A stretch of DNA of 64,000 nucleotides from a virus (lineage: Duplodnaviria; Heunggongvirae; Uroviricota; Caudoviricetes). The stretch lies in IMG/VR virus record IMGVR_UViG_3300027833_000012, positions 112,257 through 176,256 of that record; one strand, 5' to 3'. Positions 18,740-28,835 of the stretch are shown here, piece after piece. Each line of letters begins with the position of its first letter. Within the stretch, counting starts at the first letter, position 1. The notes below the pieces were generated by a model that searched no databases, was not told the DNA's origin, and was given only the letters and a program-made list of their open reading frames with translations. The position numbers and the translations under genes were made by a program.

Positions 18740-21700
18740 TTAAAATGGATTAGTATAGTAATCACAAAAACCACCAGTACCGTTATTATCTCTTATCCCA
18801 CACACCCTTAAACCACCTATATTAGCCGTAATTGCATTAGTTTGACCACCAATAATAGTTAAATCTGATACAACAGTAGGTATTGTTGGATTAGTTGTGC
18901 TATACCATTGGTAAGTGAAACTACCAATTGGTGAATCATTACCACTTGATATTGGTGTATTACCAAACCCACCAACTGGTATTGCTTCATATACTGGGAC
19001 ATTATCCCCACCAACCTCAATGGTAGAATTTTCGATAGTACCACCTAATTTTTTAATAGGTCTCCTAACCCCTAACTCTTCTGTTTTAATACAACCAACA
19101 CTGTCTTCAACAACGGCCAAATATAAAGTCCCACTTTCCGAATCACCATATGGTAAATCCGTAAATGTAACTGAAGTTCCAGTAATTGTTTCACTAATAT
19201 CAGAAAAACCACCTTGCAATGTAATCATATAAGGTGGTACACCACCAGTAAGACCGTTTATTGTGATTTGACCATTTTCACTTCCCTCACCTAATTCTGT
19301 AATATTATCATCATTATCAATTACATCAGCAGTCATTAAACAAGTTATATTTTTATCAACATTAGTATTAAACCCTAATGTTGGTGGTTGGGTTAAATTA
19401 ACTGTATCATTTACAACTTGACCAACAGAATCAGTAACGGTGACTGAATATGAACCAACATCTAAATTAGAAATAACATTACCAGGTGACGAAGCACCAA
19501 CCCAATCATAAGTGTAAGGTGGCACACCACCAATAACTACAGCTATCACCATACCATCCTTAGCTGAATTACAAGTAATCACTCTTTCTTCTAATGTTAA
19601 ACTCAAACTTTGTGGTTCGTTAATTTCAACAAATTCAGAACATTCAGTTTGTGGTACACTATTATCACTAACAGTTATAAAATATTCACCAGCACTTAAA
19701 TTTGTGAAGACATGTGAATTTGTTGTAATTGAGATACTATCAACAACACTTAATATTGTCCCAGTAGAAACCTCGTAATTATTTAAAATAATACTATATG
19801 GGTTAGTACCACTAGTAACATTAACTATTATTTGACCATCCGACAAACCATTTTGACTTACTGGTGTATTTTGAATATCACAAATAACACTAGGTGGTCC
19901 AGGGACGATAAATGTACCCTCAGTAACATTACCTACTGAATCTGTAACCGTAACAATATAAGTGCCAGAATACAAGTTTGAAATATCTTCTATATTATTA
20001 GTTAAAGGATATTGGACACCATCAACAATCGGTCCTATCCATTCAAAACTATAAGGTCCAACACCACCAATAACTTCAATATCAATTGCACCAGTAGGTT
20101 GTACCCCAGCATCATCTTCAGTTATATTATTAGCAACAATAAAGAAATCAACCTCTTTTTCTGGGACGCAAGAAGGGAAGAAATTTGTAATTAATTTAGT
20201 TAAAGCAGTGTTACCCTCATTTAACCCAAAGTAAAAATAAAATGAATTTTCATATTGTTTTATTTTATTAATAGTAACATCACGATATTCTTTATAATAT
20301 CTACCAGAATAATCAAAATCATTTTCATCTATATAAACTAAAGGTATTGTTGTACCGACAACAATACTTGGATTGTTAGCATAAATTAAAGCACCTCTAA
20401 TAAACGGGTTTTCAATATCATTATTAAGTATTTTATTGTCTGGCAAACCAAGTCCTTCATCCAACCTACGTTCATCAAGTCCCATACCTATCTCACAAAT
20501 ACGTTTAATACTGTTACAATTAGTCCTTTTTAATCCAGTACAGTTTATACTAGCAATTAAAGCATCAGGTCCACCACCATCATCTTCATTATCAAAACCA
20601 CTAAGCACCAAAGTATTAGTTTCATCAACATCTTGAATTAGTGGGGGACGCTTATATGAGGTATCTAATAAAAATGGGTATAATTTAGGTATACCTTGCC
20701 AATCACAATCAAATACTGAACCTAATGAGGTTATACCAGTTGCAAATAACTTATAACTCTTAGTTCTAGCATATGCTGGGTAAAATAATTCACCCTCAAA
20801 TTTCTTTAAATAACCTTCCCTAAGTGTTGTTGTTTCATTACTATTAATATCCGAACCAGTACAAGTATCAATTAATTTCTTATTCTTCTTAGACTCATCA
20901 ACATTACAATATTTTTCCTTACCATTCTTTTTAAATTTATACTTAAATAAAAACGCATATAATGTACCATTAAGCCAATCACTGTAAAAATCAAAACTAA
21001 AAATATTAATAGCGTCAGCTATGGCAAAAAGTATACATTTTATGAAACCAGCATCATTACCAAAAGGTAATTGTGATTCTCTTGTACCATCATCATACCA
21101 AAACGTATCATAATCTATATCAACTTCACCACACCTAACATCCACTTCATCACTAGCTTGACTTAACTGTTCTTGTGTCGCTCTAAATGTTGTTTTAGAA
21201 AAACCGTTATCTTTACCACAAGGTGCATATTTCTTATCTTCTGGGTCAATTGGGCATGGTAGGGTTATAAATGGTATGTAAGGTATAATATCCCTACAAC
21301 TACAACCACCATTAAAACACCCTATACAAAAGTCTTCTTTATTTACTCTCCAAGTAACACCTGGTATTTTAGAAATTAAACTAGCAGCTTTAGATAAAAA
21401 TCTACCAATTGTATAAATTATTTCACAAATTACTAATAAAATAGTGTTAAGTATTTTCATTATAAAATTAATGATTGGGAAAATTAGGCTATTCAATAAA
21501 CAAATTATCTGTACCACAATTGTAAGTATAATACAAATAATGAAAAATAAAGGGTGAAACCCACTATGCAATCTGTTAAACGGAAATGGGTTATTATTTC
21601 CCTCATCAACATCCTTTATCCCTATAAAATTACGTTTATTTATATTATCCTTGTTTTGAACTCTAGATATATGATTTTTTATTGTATAAATTTTATTCCA

Positions 21701-22915
21701 ATAAAAATCAGCAAAATGTTTATCTCTAGTGTTAGGTCCAAATGTATAATCAGAATCTTCCCAATTATCTGGGTTATGTGGGACTAAGTATTTTGCTCTA
21801 CTTCTAAGTCTACCTTCACCACCAGTTGAATTCATACCAATTTTAAACCTAACTCTACTTCTAGTTGGTATACCTCTGGTAGCATCATCTGATGGTATTA
21901 AAGTACCATCTTCAGCTGTAACCTTATAATCTAAATTCATTGGAACTTGATAAGCCCAAGTACCCTTATCATCAATTAATTGACCACCTTCAACATCAAA
22001 ACGTTCAATACCACCATCATTGGTGTATCTAATCATTTCAACCGTACCTTCACCAGCCACTAATTCTGCACTATTACCCATTTTATTTCTGGGCCTACAA
22101 TTCTTGTTAACTGAATTTTTATCACTATCAGTTACAATAGAACCCATGAATATTGCGGATGGGATTATTGTTGTCTTTAAATCAACATCTACCCTAGAAA
22201 TACCAACCTCACATTCATCAATATCACCCCAAAAAGGTACAACTGTAACACTCACAGGTGATACAGTTTTTAATTGTGTTAAATTAGGGTTATCTCTCCT
22301 ATTTTTGAATTTACTAGCTGAATAGAATTTTTTACTATCAGCACCTTGACTTATTAAATCATAAGGTCTTTGTGATAATAAACCTATATCTGATATATCA
22401 GCATCTACATGTACGAAATGAGTACCTACTGGTACTCCAAAAATCATAAAATCACCAGAATTATTAGTTGTAGTACTAAATTTATAATATTTAGTGTAGA
22501 TATCACTTATCTCAGGGTTATCTTGAATCTCTCTCTTTGATGGAAATGTACCTACTGAGGTGTAACATTCATCTTTACCTCTAACGCTCTTAGGCATCAA
22601 ATTATAAGGTATACCGTCACCATCTTTATCCGTAACAACTTCAAAAGGGTAAAGACCAAAAATATCTGGGTCTAAAGTATCTTCTTCATCTATTGGGATA
22701 AATATTGATACTCTTGCGTTTGGAACACCGAAACCGTTGTTTACGATAACTCTACCAACTACAGTACCGTAATCAGAACAAAAACGTCTATATGCTTCCT
22801 CTTGAGATATCTTTAACGAAAGTATCTCAATAAAATCAAATTTCTGATTTATTTTAACATTTATATTTTTATTACCACCACCTGGTGTTGTTTTTATCCT
22901 TATATTCTCAGACAT
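18740..22915 (-). CDS. Large tail-tip/baseplate-region protein: carboxypeptidase-regulatory-like N-domain, hydrophobic segment, C-terminal SprB-like repeats
   Basis: GTVVGRV...GVPNARVSI...TTTNNSGDFMIFGVPVG; long hydrophobic stretch PLFFIICIILTIVVQIIC...; 4-5 repeats of GxIxxxVxGGxxPYxYxW...xNLxxGxYxVTVTDSxG. Confidence 0.65.
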   Translation of the reverse strand: MSENIRIKTTPGGGNKNINVKINQKFDFIEILSLKISQEEAYRRFCSDYGTVVGRVIVNNGFGVPNARVSIFIPIDEEDTLDPDIFGLYPFEVVTDKDGDGIPYNLMPKSVRGKDECYTSVGTFPSKREIQDNPEISDIYTKYYKFSTTTNNSGDFMIFGVPVGTHFVHVDADISDIGLLSQRPYDLISQGADSKKFYSASKFKNRRDNPNLTQLKTVSPVSVTVVPFWGDIDECEVGISRVDVDLKTTIIPSAIFMGSIVTDSDKNSVNKNCRPRNKMGNSAELVAGEGTVEMIRYTNDGGIERFDVEGGQLIDDKGTWAYQVPMNLDYKVTAEDGTLIPSDDATRGIPTRSRVRFKIGMNSTGGEGRLRSRAKYLVPHNPDNWEDSDYTFGPNTRDKHFADFYWNKIYTIKNHISRVQNKDNINKRNFIGIKDVDEGNNNPFPFNRLHSGFHPLFFIICIILTIVVQIICLLNSLIFPIINFIMKILNTILLVICEIIYTIGRFLSKAASLISKIPGVTWRVNKEDFCIGCFNGGCSCRDIIPYIPFITLPCPIDPEDKKYAPCGKDNGFSKTTFRATQEQLSQASDEVDVRCGEVDIDYDTFWYDDGTRESQLPFGNDAGFIKCILFAIADAINIFSFDFYSDWLNGTLYAFLFKYKFKKNGKEKYCNVDESKKNKKLIDTCTGSDINSNETTTLREGYLKKFEGELFYPAYARTKSYKLFATGITSLGSVFDCDWQGIPKLYPFLLDTSYKRPPLIQDVDETNTLVLSGFDNEDDGGGPDALIASINCTGLKRTNCNSIKRICEIGMGLDERRLDEGLGLPDNKILNNDIENPFIRGALIYANNPSIVVGTTIPLVYIDENDFDYSGRYYKEYRDVTINKIKQYENSFYFYFGLNEGNTALTKLITNFFPSCVPEKEVDFFIVANNITEDDAGVQPTGAIDIEVIGGVGPYSFEWIGPIVDGVQYPLTNNIEDISNLYSGTYIVTVTDSVGNVTEGTFIVPGPPSVICDIQNTPVSQNGLSDGQIIVNVTSGTNPYSIILNNYEVSTGTILSVVDSISITTNSHVFTNLSAGEYFITVSDNSVPQTECSEFVEINEPQSLSLTLEERVITCNSAKDGMVIAVVIGGVPPYTYDWVGASSPGNVISNLDVGSYSVTVTDSVGQVVNDTVNLTQPPTLGFNTNVDKNITCLMTADVIDNDDNITELGEGSENGQITINGLTGGVPPYMITLQGGFSDISETITGTSVTFTDLPYGDSESGTLYLAVVEDSVGCIKTEELGVRRPIKKLGGTIENSTIEVGGDNVPVYEAIPVGGFGNTPISSGNDSPIGSFTYQWYSTTNPTIPTVVSDLTIIGGQTNAITANIGGLRVCGIRDNNGTGGFCDYYTNPF

Positions 22916-22919
22916 TTAT

Positions 22920-23267
22920 TTATTTTTTTAAATCTTCGGTTATATCTTCGATACCGATTTCTTCGTATTCATCATCGTTTTCATCATCCTCTTCATCACT
23001 TTCTTCTTCTACATCTTTACCAGTTAACATTTTACCAATACCAACTAAACCACTAGTTATATCAACATTACCTTCTAAAAATAGTACATTAAACAACATG
23101 TACAATGAAAATGGAATAACAATAATGGCCACTATTGGGCCAGTGAATAAAAATACTACTAATTTTACGAAAAATATTAATATTTTTGAACCTATACCAG
23201 AATTATCTATTTCTTTTTGAATTGGATTAATCGAAATCCTCTTATCTTTACATTTTTTACAACCCAT
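22920..23267 (-). CDS. Small membrane protein (holin-like candidate)
   Basis: N-terminal CKKC, ~40-aa hydrophobic segment (1-2 TM), strongly acidic C-tail. Confidence 0.5.
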   Translation of the reverse strand: MGCKKCKDKRISINPIQKEIDNSGIGSKILIFFVKLVVFLFTGPIVAIIVIPFSLYMLFNVLFLEGNVDITSGLVGIGKMLTGKDVEEESDEEDDENDDEYEEIGIEDITEDLKK

Positions 23268-23293
23268 TACTTTTTTTTTAATTAATTTATTAC

Positions 23294-23324
23294 TAAATAT
23301 AATTAATTTTTAATAAAATGTAAA
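23294..23324 (-). promoter_or_regulatory. Host-type promoter variant for small membrane protein gene
   Basis: Minus strand TTTACA-N17-TATATTTA. Confidence 0.45.
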
Positions 23325-23327
23325 GTA

Positions 23328-25145
23328 CTATTTAACTCTTACCTTTATGTCGAATTCTGGGTATTTAATCTCAAACATACCTATTGGGTCTCCGAATAAT
23401 GTATACTCACCTAATAAGTCTATTTGTCTAGTTTGATTATCTATATATGGTTGAGGAATTTCGTTTGGTGAATACTTACCCTCACCAACTTTGTTATATA
23501 CCCTTAAATCGACTATATTTAAAACTCCAGTAACATTATTAATCTGTTCCGATAACTGAGTTAGGTAAATATTATCCCCCATACCCCATTTATTTATTTC
23601 AAAATACTCACTTATAATATTTATAACTTCAGAAATAACCTCGGATTGAGAAAATTGTTTATCAATAAATAAATCAACCTCAAAACCAATGTTATATAAC
23701 TTACCGTTATCAACTTCAACATAATCATTTAACATTTTATAATCTGATAAATATGTTGCTATATTTTGCTTTAAAGTGTTTGTAGATGTTGTTGTTAAAC
23801 CACCATCCTCAGATAAATTAATAATGTAAACTTTAACCTTATTTTGTTCTTCTAACACATTACATCTAAATGGTACGCCAAATTCACCAGGCATAAGTCC
23901 AATTCTAGCTTTATAATCCTGTATTGTAACTGCTCTATTTTGTGATGAAAAATTATACCTAACTAAATTCCTTACCTCTTCTATTGAAGGTTCATCTTTA
24001 CCACCTAAAGCTGGAAGAGGGTTATTAACTGTTATTGAATTTCTAACTAATTGATTAACTTTATTATCTGACCCATTTATAACCATCTCAATTTTAGTTA
24101 CTGTATTTAGAGAGTTAGGACCTATATTTGTATCACTACCCCCACCTACTCTATACTGTACGAACATTGTTTGGTTTGCTGTAGGTGTAATACCTAGTGA
24201 TAAATTATTTATAAAATCACCAACCCTATTCACTAAAGTTTTATTTACATCAAATTCACATAAAGAGCTAATATCTTCAGAACCACCCCCGAATATTAAT
24301 TTACAAAAACCATTATCTGTATATTCTTTAATAAATCTTTGGTCAACTCTTTTAAATTTACCAGGAGTTACCGCTGAATTATCACTAACCCTACTATTAT
24401 CTGGTATGAATACTATATCATCAACTAACGCATCAACTTCGAACCATCTGTATTTATCATTATAAAATTGATTTGTGGTTGGATTAGCTGTATAATCAGT
24501 ACCTTCTAAGGTTATTATGGAATTAATTGATAACACATTATTATCTGGTAATATTAATTCAAAAAATGGTTTAACATTTTCTTCAGTTATTACCCTCTTT
24601 AAAATTTTACTAACACCGTTAATTACAATCTCCCTCTTAGTTAATGTGTAATTAACTATAGTATTGTTTGAATCAAAATTAGGTATTACTAATCTGTTAG
24701 GTACACCACCTATTGTAAATGGACTAGAAAAGTCAATATCATTAGAACTTTCAAATATTTTACCAGCACCACTTATTTGTGCACCACGTTTTATTTTTGG
24801 AGCGTATGAAATATCAAATGTATCACCTAGTGGTGGTACTGTTACTGAAAAATCAACAATAGTCATTGATGGTCTCTTACCTGGGATATTTAAACCAAAT
24901 GTTCTAGCCATAGATAAGACTGAATTTCTTTCTTGAGCGAAGTCTATTTGCGTTTCTTGGAACATTCTATCAGTGTGAAATGATAACATATCACCCACAG
25001 CCGCATTAAGTTCTAATAACATCATACCAACCGAGGCATCATTAAAATCATTAAAGATATCTGGATAATATTGTTTAACGAAATTTATTAATTCTTGTCT
25101 AACATCAGCAAAATTTCTTGCGTTGTAATTTATTTTTTTAGCCAT
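23328..25145 (-). CDS. Baseplate wedge subunit (T4 gp6 / baseplate J-like)
   Basis: INYNARNFADVRQELINF..YP..FNDFNDASVGMMLLEL..; GGKDEPSIEEVR...QNRAVTIQDY, hallmark gp6/J motifs; adjacent to gp25. Confidence 0.85.
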   Translation of the reverse strand: MAKKINYNARNFADVRQELINFVKQYYPDIFNDFNDASVGMMLLELNAAVGDMLSFHTDRMFQETQIDFAQERNSVLSMARTFGLNIPGKRPSMTIVDFSVTVPPLGDTFDISYAPKIKRGAQISGAGKIFESSNDIDFSSPFTIGGVPNRLVIPNFDSNNTIVNYTLTKREIVINGVSKILKRVITEENVKPFFELILPDNNVLSINSIITLEGTDYTANPTTNQFYNDKYRWFEVDALVDDIVFIPDNSRVSDNSAVTPGKFKRVDQRFIKEYTDNGFCKLIFGGGSEDISSLCEFDVNKTLVNRVGDFINNLSLGITPTANQTMFVQYRVGGGSDTNIGPNSLNTVTKIEMVINGSDNKVNQLVRNSITVNNPLPALGGKDEPSIEEVRNLVRYNFSSQNRAVTIQDYKARIGLMPGEFGVPFRCNVLEEQNKVKVYIINLSEDGGLTTTSTNTLKQNIATYLSDYKMLNDYVEVDNGKLYNIGFEVDLFIDKQFSQSEVISEVINIISEYFEINKWGMGDNIYLTQLSEQINNVTGVLNIVDLRVYNKVGEGKYSPNEIPQPYIDNQTRQIDLLGEYTLFGDPIGMFEIKYPEFDIKVRVK

Positions 25146-25156
25146 TTGTTTATATT

Positions 25157-25546
25157 TTATAATTCAATTACAACAAAATCAGTATCTTCAAATACATCAT
25201 CAGTTACAGTATAATCAATTCTTACCGTAACACCATGTTCTGAAACTTCGTTTTCCGTAACTAACACATCATTTATTTGTAAATTAGGTATATACTTTTT
25301 TACAGTAATATTAATTTCTTTTTTTATTTCACTTTGGGTTGTTATATCGTTTGGTTCGAATATAAACTTAAGTAAGTTTGTACCAAAATCAGGCATATAT
25401 AATCTTTCACCTTTTCTTGTTAATAGTAAATGCATTAAGTCCGATTTAACTGCATTTTTATCATCATTATTAAGTTTAAAAAAATAACCTTGATTACTTT
25501 CCTGAAACGGAAAGCCAATATTTATAAATTTACCATTACCAGCCAT
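25157..25546 (-). CDS. Baseplate wedge subunit (T4 gp25 / GPW-like)
   Basis: VKSDLMHLLLTRKGERLYMPDFGTNL..FIFEP, canonical gp25 motif. Confidence 0.9.
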   Translation of the reverse strand: MAGNGKFINIGFPFQESNQGYFFKLNNDDKNAVKSDLMHLLLTRKGERLYMPDFGTNLLKFIFEPNDITTQSEIKKEINITVKKYIPNLQINDVLVTENEVSEHGVTVRIDYTVTDDVFEDTDFVVIEL

Positions 25547-25609
25547 AACTATTTTCTTTTATCATAAATATTATAATAAATGTTTTTATATAAATAAATG
25601 GTAAAATAA

Positions 25610-25638
25610 AAAAAGGTGTACATGTAGTACACCTTTTT
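25610..25638 (-). terminator. Rho-independent terminator after RNR operon
   Basis: aaaaaggtgtac-atgta-gtacaccttttt inverted repeat with A/T tails. Confidence 0.8.
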
Positions 25639-25676
25639 ATTAATTTTAATATTTGATTATTTTTATGCATCACACC

Positions 25677-27839
25677 CTAAGCGTCGCATCCACCACCTTC
25701 GCATGTAAACATTGAGTTCTCTGGTTTTTTAGGTGTTTGAACATTATCAGATGCCGATAATTTCTTATTAGCCCTAATCTTAGATAAAGTTCTAGTGTAA
25801 TATGCACCAGTCTTTAATCCATTTTTCCAAGCATAAACTAAAGCACTAGATATCTTAGAATACTTTGCATCAGCATGGTAAACATTTAAAGATTGTGATT
25901 GGTCTACATATTTATTCCTAATTATTGATAAATCCAATAAAGCTTTTTGTGGAATTTCCCAAACAGTCTTATACCTATATCTAATGTCTTCTGGAATTTC
26001 AGCTATGTGTTGAACACTCCCTTCATTAGCGATTAATTTATTTCTAATATCTTCAGTCCATAAACCTAATTCATCTAATTCTTGTACCAAGTATTTATTA
26101 ACTACAATAAATTCTCCATCACCAACCATTCTAGTGAATATATTAGATGTAACTGGTTCGAAACATTCAAAAGCACCTAAAAGAATTGCGGAAGATGCTG
26201 TTGGCATAAGTCCTAACAATAAAGAGTTCTTCATTGGGATTGGTTCACCACCATTAGTAGGTGACCAACCTTCAATATATGTTTCACCTCTAGAATACAT
26301 TGAACCTTCATAGGCTGGGTAATTTTCACCAGTTTCTATAGCTAATTGCGTTGATTCTTCAAGTGCTGATTTATACATAACCTCAAAAATTTTCTCAGTC
26401 CATTCCTTAGCTTCTTCAGATTCAAAAGAAATCTTTTTCTTAGCAAAGAAATCTGCCATACCAGCTACCCCAATTGCAATTGCTCTTTGGTCCAACCCAG
26501 CATTCTTACTCCATTCGTCAGACCATTTGTTTCTATCAATAACTTGATTTAACGCTCTAACTAAAACCTTAACAGATTTTGAAATACTTCTAAGGTTATC
26601 ATGTTCAGCTAAATTAACTGAAGCTAATGTACATTGTGGTGTGTAACCTGGTTTTGAAGCTTGCATAATTTCAATACATAAATTAGATTGAGATATAGTA
26701 CCGATATTATCTTGCATATTTCTCTTATTTGCATTGTCTTTATAGAAAACATATGGTGTACCAGATTCAACTTGTGAACGAATAAGTGCATCCCAAATTT
26801 TTCTAGGTTCAATTTCATGACCTAACCCTAATTCAACAGCTTTATTGTATTCATTTTCAAATTCCTCACCATGGATAGTATGGAATGGTTTCAATCCAGC
26901 TTCTTTTATGTCATTTGGACAAAATAAGTGGTATTTCTTACTACCAGTTAAAGCTTTCATAAACACATCATCAATACTTGCTGCAATAAATAAATCCCTA
27001 GCTCTATTTAATTCTTCACCAATTGGTAATCTCAATTCTAAGAATTCAAGAATATCTCTATGCCAAGTTGATAAGTATAGAGCACATGAACCAGACCTAT
27101 TACCTTGCTTGTAAAATCTCATGTGTGACTGTACCATATCGGCAAACCTTACAACACCACCAGCATAACCTTTAAATGACTTTACAAGGCTCCTAGAGCT
27201 CCTTAAAACGTCAATGTTAAGTCCAATACCAGAACCTTCTTTAGAACCATGTGAAATCTTATCTAATGTTTCATTAATTCCTTCAATAGAATCATCTTTA
27301 AGTAATGTTAGATTACATGAAATCATACCATTTCTACCCTCAATACCAGAATTAGAATAAATAGGTGTTGCGAAGTTAATTTTCTTTTCAGATAATTCAT
27401 TCTTCATTCTTCTCCTTTCCTTAAAAGAGTTAGGGTATAAATGATTAGCAACTCTTTCGTGCATCATTGAAGGTATTTCCACTGGTATACCCTCCGAATT
27501 TTTCATTGAGTATTTCTTCAAGAAAGTAGACGCAGCGAATGTATCAAACATATCATCAACTGAGTTAGTTTCTATTTCCAATAACTTTGATTGTCTAGAA
27601 ATAAGTATTCTACCCCCAAGTACAGAGTAATCTGGGTGTTCAATACATAAATCAGCACATTGGAAAGCTATTATTTCATCAATATCCGTAGCTGTCATCC
27701 CATCAGTGATATGTGGGACAACTTTTTGGAATAATAATGTAGTGTTTACCTTTAAAGACTTAGATTGTTGTTTAAGTCTAGTTAAAATTTTATTAGGCAT
27801 GAAAGACTGTTTACTTCCATCTCTTTTTATAATCTTCAT
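25677..27839 (-). CDS. nrdA: Ribonucleotide reductase class Ia alpha subunit with N-terminal ATP cone
   Basis: MKIIKRDG ATP cone; ATP..SNSG, SCNL, QSNLCIE catalytic motif, LMPTASS, DQSQSLN, GLKTGAYY, C-terminal CEGGGC redox pair; no intein seen. Confidence 0.95.
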   Translation of the reverse strand: MKIIKRDGSKQSFMPNKILTRLKQQSKSLKVNTTLLFQKVVPHITDGMTATDIDEIIAFQCADLCIEHPDYSVLGGRILISRQSKLLEIETNSVDDMFDTFAASTFLKKYSMKNSEGIPVEIPSMMHERVANHLYPNSFKERRRMKNELSEKKINFATPIYSNSGIEGRNGMISCNLTLLKDDSIEGINETLDKISHGSKEGSGIGLNIDVLRSSRSLVKSFKGYAGGVVRFADMVQSHMRFYKQGNRSGSCALYLSTWHRDILEFLELRLPIGEELNRARDLFIAASIDDVFMKALTGSKKYHLFCPNDIKEAGLKPFHTIHGEEFENEYNKAVELGLGHEIEPRKIWDALIRSQVESGTPYVFYKDNANKRNMQDNIGTISQSNLCIEIMQASKPGYTPQCTLASVNLAEHDNLRSISKSVKVLVRALNQVIDRNKWSDEWSKNAGLDQRAIAIGVAGMADFFAKKKISFESEEAKEWTEKIFEVMYKSALEESTQLAIETGENYPAYEGSMYSRGETYIEGWSPTNGGEPIPMKNSLLLGLMPTASSAILLGAFECFEPVTSNIFTRMVGDGEFIVVNKYLVQELDELGLWTEDIRNKLIANEGSVQHIAEIPEDIRYRYKTVWEIPQKALLDLSIIRNKYVDQSQSLNVYHADAKYSKISSALVYAWKNGLKTGAYYTRTLSKIRANKKLSASDNVQTPKKPENSMFTCEGGGCDA

Positions 27840-27863
27840 ATTATTTTATTTTTTTGTTTATTA

Positions 27864-28823
27864 TTAAAAATCTTCAGATTCAAATATATTTTCACCTTCC
27901 TCTGGCATATCAACTCTTGTATATCCACCACCCGTTCTTCTTTCGAAGAAATTATTCTTAGATGATAAACCAATTTTCTTCATATAGTCCAATGGGTTCT
28001 TAGTATTAAAGTGTGTTTCACCTATGAAATCGTTTAATACAATATCAACAACAAATTCCACGTATCGAATCATCATTTCTTTTGTTAAACCTGGTAACCC
28101 ATCTGGTAAAGATTTATCAACAAATATCTTTTCAGTTTCATAACAAGATAAAATAACTTCTTTAATTGCCTCTTTAGATGGTTTGTATTCATCTTTAACA
28201 TATTCTTTGAACATTTGAAGGGCGAATTCATAATGGAAACTCTCATCCCTTAAAATCAATTCATTCATTTCACCAAGACCAGGCATTTTATTTCTACTTC
28301 TAAAGTAGAATACACCAGCAAATACTGAAGAGAAAGCGATACCTTCAACACAAGCAAAAGCAATTAATTTTTCAACGAATGTACCCTTATTTAACCAGTT
28401 CTCAGCCCATTGTGCCTTAGCTTTAACAGCATCATTAGTTATCATTGAATTAAATAAGTCTAACCTTTCTTTATTGTCCTTAATATAGGTATCAATTAAT
28501 AACCCATATCCATTTGCATGTACTTGTTCCATGAACATTTGGTGGTTATAGTAATACTTAGCTTCAGATATATCCACATTGTCAATTACATTATCACAAA
28601 GGTTATCTATAACTAACCCATCAGATATAGTAAAGAAAGCTAAAATATTTTTTAAATAAAACTTCTCATCATCACTAAGTTCATCATATTTATCTTGAGC
28701 TAAATTAACTTCTTCAGCCACCCAAGTTTGTTTTTCTGCCGCTTTATAAGCATCCCATAAGTCTTGGTTCTTAATAGGTAGTATTGAATACCTTTTCTCG
28801 GTATCAGAATTTTTTAAATACAT
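27864..28823 (-). CDS. nrdB: Ribonucleotide reductase class I beta subunit (eukaryote-like/NrdBe-type)
   Basis: WVAEEV; FFTISDG; EQVHANGY (E,H, radical Tyr); VEGIAFSS; RDESFH; NFFERR. Confidence 0.95.
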   Translation of the reverse strand: MYLKNSDTEKRYSILPIKNQDLWDAYKAAEKQTWVAEEVNLAQDKYDELSDDEKFYLKNILAFFTISDGLVIDNLCDNVIDNVDISEAKYYYNHQMFMEQVHANGYGLLIDTYIKDNKERLDLFNSMITNDAVKAKAQWAENWLNKGTFVEKLIAFACVEGIAFSSVFAGVFYFRSRNKMPGLGEMNELILRDESFHYEFALQMFKEYVKDEYKPSKEAIKEVILSCYETEKIFVDKSLPDGLPGLTKEMMIRYVEFVVDIVLNDFIGETHFNTKNPLDYMKKIGLSSKNNFFERRTGGGYTRVDMPEEGENIFESEDF

Positions 28824-28835
28824 ATTTATTTATTT

